Position numbers and translations under genes: made by a program. Under the pieces are notes generated by a model. That model made no database searches, was not told the DNA's origin, and worked only from the letters and a program-made list of their open reading frames with translations. A stretch of 64,000 nucleotides of DNA from Macrostomum hystrix (lineage: Eukaryota; Animalia; Platyhelminthes): the NCBI GenBank assembly GCA_950097015.1, contig CATNEN010000039.1, positions 12,214,001-12,278,000 of the forward strand. Direction: 5' to 3'. Each line of letters starts with the position of its first letter. The stretch's first letter is position 1. This document shows, in pieces, positions 58,416 to 64,000 of the stretch.

Positions 58416-60055
58416 CAACAAACAATAATAGCAATAATAGTTGTAGGATGCTTGTGTACTACTTTACACTGTATACCCGTGTACATCACGCATGTGTGTA
58501 CAGTGTACATATTGCCCTGGCTTGCTCAATCTTCAGATAGTACACGCTTTCATCTGTAAGTGTGACCGCGCGTGGATTCGAGCCAAAGAGCTACTCCCGC
58601 CTTCTAAGGCAGCCAATCAATTTCAATTCCACCCACGCTAAGCCTTGGAGATTTGGGTCAAACGCGAAAGAAAGCAGAGATTGCTGGATTTACAGTGCGA
58701 ACAGAACTGTACCTCCGTAGCACTAATTAAATGCGTATTACTTATTGCTATCCGTCAGTTCTGAGTCTGCTCAGTCAAACGAGCGAAAGCGTCAACTCTC
58801 GTGTCTCGTGTTTCATCGGTGATCCTTCAACAGTGAGCTTTTCAGAAACAATCAAGTCTTAGAATTCAATCAGAGATATCAAAGCAGATCTGAGTCGACC
58901 GAGTCTGACGCAGATAACCCGTGTATTTATAACTTTTAAAATTAGAAAATTAGTTTTCATTTGAGACTATAATGTTGTCTCAGTTCACGGATACCAAAGT
59001 ACTTGCCGATCTTAAATATCTGGAATGAAAATTCACTGCCTAAAGAAGCCTTTTCATACATATATCCGAACACAAATGGATAGAGTCTGAAAATGTGTGT
59101 TTTGCGTGGGAGTGGCCACTGATACTTCAGACTTGCTACTCATATCACAGTAACTTAAAGCTTTCGGTGCAACAAACCAAAGTACCTTGGTTTGGAGAGG
59201 TCCTTGTCGAAATGTCCTTTGCATCAAATTCAGAAAAACTAAACAACATTTACACATATGAGTGATGCTTTACTCTGCAGCAGTGTACAAGCTATGCAAA
59301 AAGATTTTGTCAGAACAGGTTGCTCTTAACTAACTAAACGCAAGGTTAATTAAAAAAATGAGAAGCAACAGTGAGCAAGTACCTTTTTTCTGCTTTTAAA
59401 AGATATTTAAAATGGCATTTTCAAGGAGCCTTTTATGGTGAAGGCGTTTTAGTTTTAGGTAAAGGCAATTCATTAACTTCACAAATAATAATCCTAAAAG
59501 AGATTATCTCTCCTTTTGGACTTCGTCTGAACAGACGCACTCTTTGTCTTTGGCGAAATCTGTATTTCCAGAACGTCAAGGGTGAACAACACAGCCTGAC
59601 ACTCTTTACCTTCTAACAGCTACTCTCCCAGCTGCCTCATCTCAATCCCGTCTAATATCTCCCTTGTCTCATCTCTCCCCTGTCTCATCTCTCTCGTGTC
59701 TCATCTCTCTCGTGTCTTATCTCTCCAGTCTCTCATCTCCCAATGTCACATATTTTCCATGTTTTATCTCTTCCGCACCTCGTTTCTCCCATGTCTTATC
59801 TCTCTCGTGTCTCATCTCTCCCTAATCAATCCAATCTTCTGTGATCTTTTGGATTTTGTATCTTCTGACCCAGAAATTGCACAGAATGTTGCTTATTTAA
59901 GATTTACTTTTATGTTTGGCGATTAGAATGAAAACAAGCAGAGAAACATGTCGAACTAATACAAAGTGACGCAAGTGGTATCATTTTTTAGCGTATCCTT
60001 ATTCTACTATTTAACTGCTGTCATTCTCCAATAAGCTTAGACGTGAGAGTATACT

Positions 60056-61261
60056 CTACCAATGCCGATTCTGCCGGTTCAACAAGCTCAGCTCCGTTCC
60101 GCCACCAGCGGCTCCTCTAGGCACCGCTCGGATCTGCCTGCAGGCCTGCAGGGCCACCGCAGCTGAAGACATCTGTCGCTGAAGCTGGCTGCGCCGTCTC
60201 TGGCGTTGGCGCCGGCAGAAGCAGCTCAGGAGGCGCCAGAAGGCACGCTTGAATTCTCGATTTGAGCACGCGTAGATGACGGGATTGCATAGGGAGTTAC
60301 AGTAGCCCAGCCAGAACACCACCTTGAATAGCAGATCGGGCACCGAGCAATGCCGGCACAGGATCTCCTCTGTGGAATGAAATTGCCGCTGGCTTGTTAG
60401 CTGATTGCACCACTCGCTTTTCGATGTTCATATGAACTCTAGCCACAGGTCAAATCTATAACAAAATACAGATTCAGGATGTGGGTGAGTTGCAGAGCTG
60501 TCTAACGCATTCATCTGTCGCACCAAGGTCCTGAGCTCGAATCCGCAGCGATGCAACTTGGGGCGCAGCCGCGGAGAGAAGGCTTGTGGGCTTGTCGTGC
60601 AAATTATGCCCTTAAGGACCAACCTCTAAGGCACACTGAGAGTGTACACTGCCTGACGATGAGAAAGTCAGGCCTGCGTACGGTATCTGTGTGCGTTTGT
60701 GCTCAGGAGTCAGCGAAATGGGCGGAATTGCCATCTCACTGGATGCAGGGTCTGTTCAGTCCATGGACTGGGGAGGCTGCAGCACCCACGCACAGGCACT
60801 GTCCGCACACAGCTAGCTATTAAAGTATATAAGACAATGAATATATCTCATAATATTAAATGTCGAATCTGATTGGTTCTAAGCGAAATTCAATACAAGC
60901 GTGGCTCAGCCAATGAGAGCGAAGTGCAGCGGGTAGAAAACTCTAACTCTGGCCCTACCACTCGTAGCGCAGCTATGATGCCCACTTAATGTACGCTCAG
61001 GCGTCAATCCCCTCTATCCCCTTGGCTCAGTGTTGTGCATTCTATGTACGCATTCAAGACTTCCTACTATTCGCTTATCTTTTCATCGGCGATTAATAAG
61101 GAAAAACAAATAAATGGCCAAGTGAGTGTAAAAGTAAAAAAACTTTCACTTACTGAACGGATAAATGAAAAAGAATGGCAGCCAGCAGAGAATGAAGACT
61201 CCAACAACAATGCCAAGTGTTTTTGCAGCCTTCTTCTCGCGTTTGAATCTGGCCAGCTTGC
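60056..61261 (-). CDS. Class A aminergic GPCR (alpha1-adrenergic/octopamine-receptor-like), 3' exons 61261-61154 (TM6) and 60369-60056 (TM7, C-tail); 5' part lies upstream, probably beyond the window
   Basis: [35 protein letters not shown] (CWxP) spliced phase 1 (A|GTAAGT..CCACAG|AG) to [42 protein letters not shown] (NPxxY, helix 8). Confidence 0.9.
60481..60750 (+). mobile_element. SINE family A copy, GPCR intron
   Basis: Shared head and body. Confidence 0.8.
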
Positions 61262-61732
61262 CTGGAGAATTTATCGAAATTCACCGGGATTAATACTCGT
61301 ACGAGTACAAGGTTCAGCTACTCAAATTATCATAAATTCATGGGATAGACTACATGGCTTGGTTTTAACAACATAAAAAACGGAAACTTTTATGCAGAAC
61401 TGAATTTGTTTGAGGTTGATATCGAACGCGTTTTTAATTGCTTTCACAATAATCCGCTCAGCAACAGGTAGAAATTAACAAAACGATCAATATAAGCTTG
61501 GCATACATCAATCTATTCATGGATTACAAGAGGCATTAAAAACAAGCTTCAAATATGACGACAATAATTTTGGTAGCCTTTTTAGCTTGAGGAACAACAA
61601 TGAAGGGATGATTTTTCAACTCTTAAGGAAGCACAAGGTCGATTATCTATTGACAAAAAAATTCTTTATGCGGGTCACACAGGAAGCTCTACAGCCATTG
61701 GAAAGATAATTGGTAGATATCACGTGTTAACT

Positions 61733-63323
61733 AGTAGTCTAGTTGTCTAACAGCTAGCTTTTCTGTCTAACAGGTAGTCTAGTTGTCTAACAGCTAGCTT
61801 TTCTGTCTAACAGGTAGTCTAGTTGTCTAACAGCTAGCTTTTCTGTCTAACAGGTAGTCTAGTTGTCTAACAGCTAGCTTTTCTGTCTAACAGGTAGTCT
61901 AGTTGTCTAACAGCTAGCTTTTCTGTCTAACAGGTAGTCTAGTTGTCTAACAGCTAGCTTTTCTGTCTAACAGGTAGTCTAGCTGTCTAACAGCTAGCTT
62001 TTCTGTCTAACAGGTAGTCTAGCTGTCTAGCAGCTAGCTTTTCTGTCTAACAGGTAGTCTAGTTGTCTAATAGCTAGCTTTTCTGTCTAATAGGTAGTCT
62101 AGTTGTCTAACAGCTAGCTTTTCTGTCTAACAGGTAGTCTAGCTGTCTAGCAGCTAGCTTTTCTGTCTAACAGGTAGTCTAGTTGTCTAACAGCTGGCTT
62201 TTCTGTCTAACAGGTAGTCTAGTTGTCTAACAGCTGGCTTTTCTGTCTAACAGGTAGTCTAGTTGTCTAACAGCTGGCTTTTCTGTCTAACAGCTAGCTT
62301 TTCTGTCTAACAGGTAGTCTAGCTTTCTAACAGCTAGCTTTTCTGTCTAACAGGTAGTCTAGTTATCTAACAGCTAGCTTTTCTGTCTAACAGGTAGTCT
62401 AGCTGTCTAGCAGCTAGCTTTTCTGTCTAACAGGTAGTCTAGTTGTCTAATAGCTAGCTTTTCTGTCTAATAGGTAGTCTAGTTGTCTAACAGCTGGCTT
62501 TTCTGTCTAACAGGTAGTCTAGTTGTCTAACAGCTAGCTTTTCTGTCTAACAGGTAGTCTAGCTGTCTAGCAGCTAGCTTTTCTGTCTAACAGGTAGTCT
62601 AGTTGTCTAACAGCTGGCTTTTCTGTCTAACAGGTAGTCTAGTTGTCTAACAGCTAGCTTTTCTGTCTAACAGGTAGTCTAGCTTTCTAACAGCTAGCTT
62701 TTCTGTCTAACAGGTAGTCTAGTTGTCTAACAGCTGGCTTTTCTGTCTAACAGGTAGTCTAGTTGTCTAACAGCTAGCTTTTCTGTCTAACAGGTAGTCT
62801 AGTTGTCTAACAGCTGGCTTTTCTGTCTAACAGGTAGTCTAGTTATCTAACAGCTAGCTTTTCTGTCTAACAGCTAGCTTTTCTGTCTAACAGGTAGTCT
62901 AGTTGTCTAACAGCTGGCTTTTCTGTCTAACAGGTAGTCTAGTTGTCTAACAGCTAGCTTTTCTGTCTAACAGGTAGTCTAGCTGTCTAACAGCTAGCTT
63001 TTCTGTCTAATAGGTAGTCTAGTTGTCTAGCAGCTAGCTTTTCTGTCTAACAGGTAGTCTAGTTATCTAACAGCTAGCTTTTCTGTCTAACAGCTAGCTT
63101 TTCTGTCTAACAGCTAGCTTTTCTGTCTAACAGCTAGCTTTTCTGTCTAACAGCTAGCTTTTCTGTCTAACAGCTAGCTTTTCTGTCTAACAGGTAGTCT
63201 AGTTGTCTAACAGCTGGCTTTTCTGTCTAACAGGTAGTCTAGTTGTCTAACAGCTAGCTTTTCTGTCTAACAGCTAGCTTTTCTGTCTAACAGGTAGTCT
63301 AGCTTTCTAACAGCTAGCTTTTC
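61733..63323 (+). repeat. 40-bp dimeric satellite of two 20-bp monomers (TAGTCTAGTTGTCTAACAGC + TAGCTTTTCTGTCTAACAGG), GPCR intron
   Basis: ~80 monomers, mostly alternating, with runs of one monomer near 63070-63180. Confidence 0.96.
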
Positions 63324-63373
63324 ATTCGATCACCTTTTCACCGATCAAAATGACATAAATCAATTTTAGTTAC

Positions 63374-63406
63374 CTTGCTGATCAGCCTTGGCTTGTAGCG
63401 GTGTGG
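63374..63406 (-). CDS. Candidate 33-nt microexon of the GPCR third intracellular loop (TPLQAKADQQ)
   Basis: TTGAAG|...CAAG|GTAACT, phase 1-1 and open in frame with the TM6 exon. Confidence 0.35.
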
Positions 63407-64000
63407 CTTCAAGATTAAAAGGATGATATTTAAAACAGTTAAGCTTTGAGTAGTAATTCCGAAAAAATCTATGATTTAGAATGCTTAAAACAGAAAGAGC
63501 TTGAAAAAATTTACTGCATAGTACTACATGTGCTACAATTATTCTGTATATATTAGACTTACCTTAAAAAAATACAAAACTGAGCACTAATTATCTGACG
63601 AGGAAACTATGTATAGCAGGCCTCCAAAAGTATATAAGAGCGTGGCCACTTCCAACAACCAGAGATTAGAATAGATTAGAGAAGCCAGGTAATGACAAAT
63701 GCACGAGCGCATAAGACTATAAGCTGGGATAAACAAAGCTAAACGGATCGTCAGAAATAGAAAGGGGAATTGAGTATAGGTAGACTCAAATTTACCCCCG
63801 AGAGATTTGGTGAAACGGCAGTCAGATCAGAAGTGGACAAAAAATGTTTGAATTGCAATTTTCAGTACCTTTATAATGCGTACTTAAAACCTTAATGTAT
63901 AGAACAATCATTTTTGGCAGAAATTTTATCTGCATCTGAAAATTAAACTTCAAGCACGTGTACTTTACAGCATCTCACCACACTATTACATGAGTCACGT

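Overview
Eukaryotic (metazoan) genomic DNA with spliceosomal GT-AG introns, GC-rich polyQ-laden exons and many minisatellites. The style suggests the flatworm Macrostomum, but that is inference only. Five protein-coding genes can be assembled by hand with consistent intron phases: (1) a stand-alone MyTH4-FERM protein (+, 2 coding exons, 836 aa); (2) liprin-alpha (-, 10 exons, ~1296 aa), plus a candidate alternative first exon and a candidate cassette exon; (3) a tetraspanin with CCA in place of CCG (+, 6 exons, 326 aa); (4) an intronless 701-aa type I membrane glycoprotein built from two tandem copies of an unrecognised 6-Cys domain (-); (5) the 3' end of an aminergic, alpha1-adrenergic/octopamine-like GPCR (-). 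Non-coding DNA holds about 18 tandem arrays, two tRNA-derived SINE-like families and two inverted-repeat elements. The most notable patterns are arrays starting right behind splice donors, several array units carrying splice-signal mimics (CAG|GT junctions, GTGAGT/GTTAGT runs), and the novel duplicated extracellular domain. No prokaryotic-type system (CRISPR etc.) is present.
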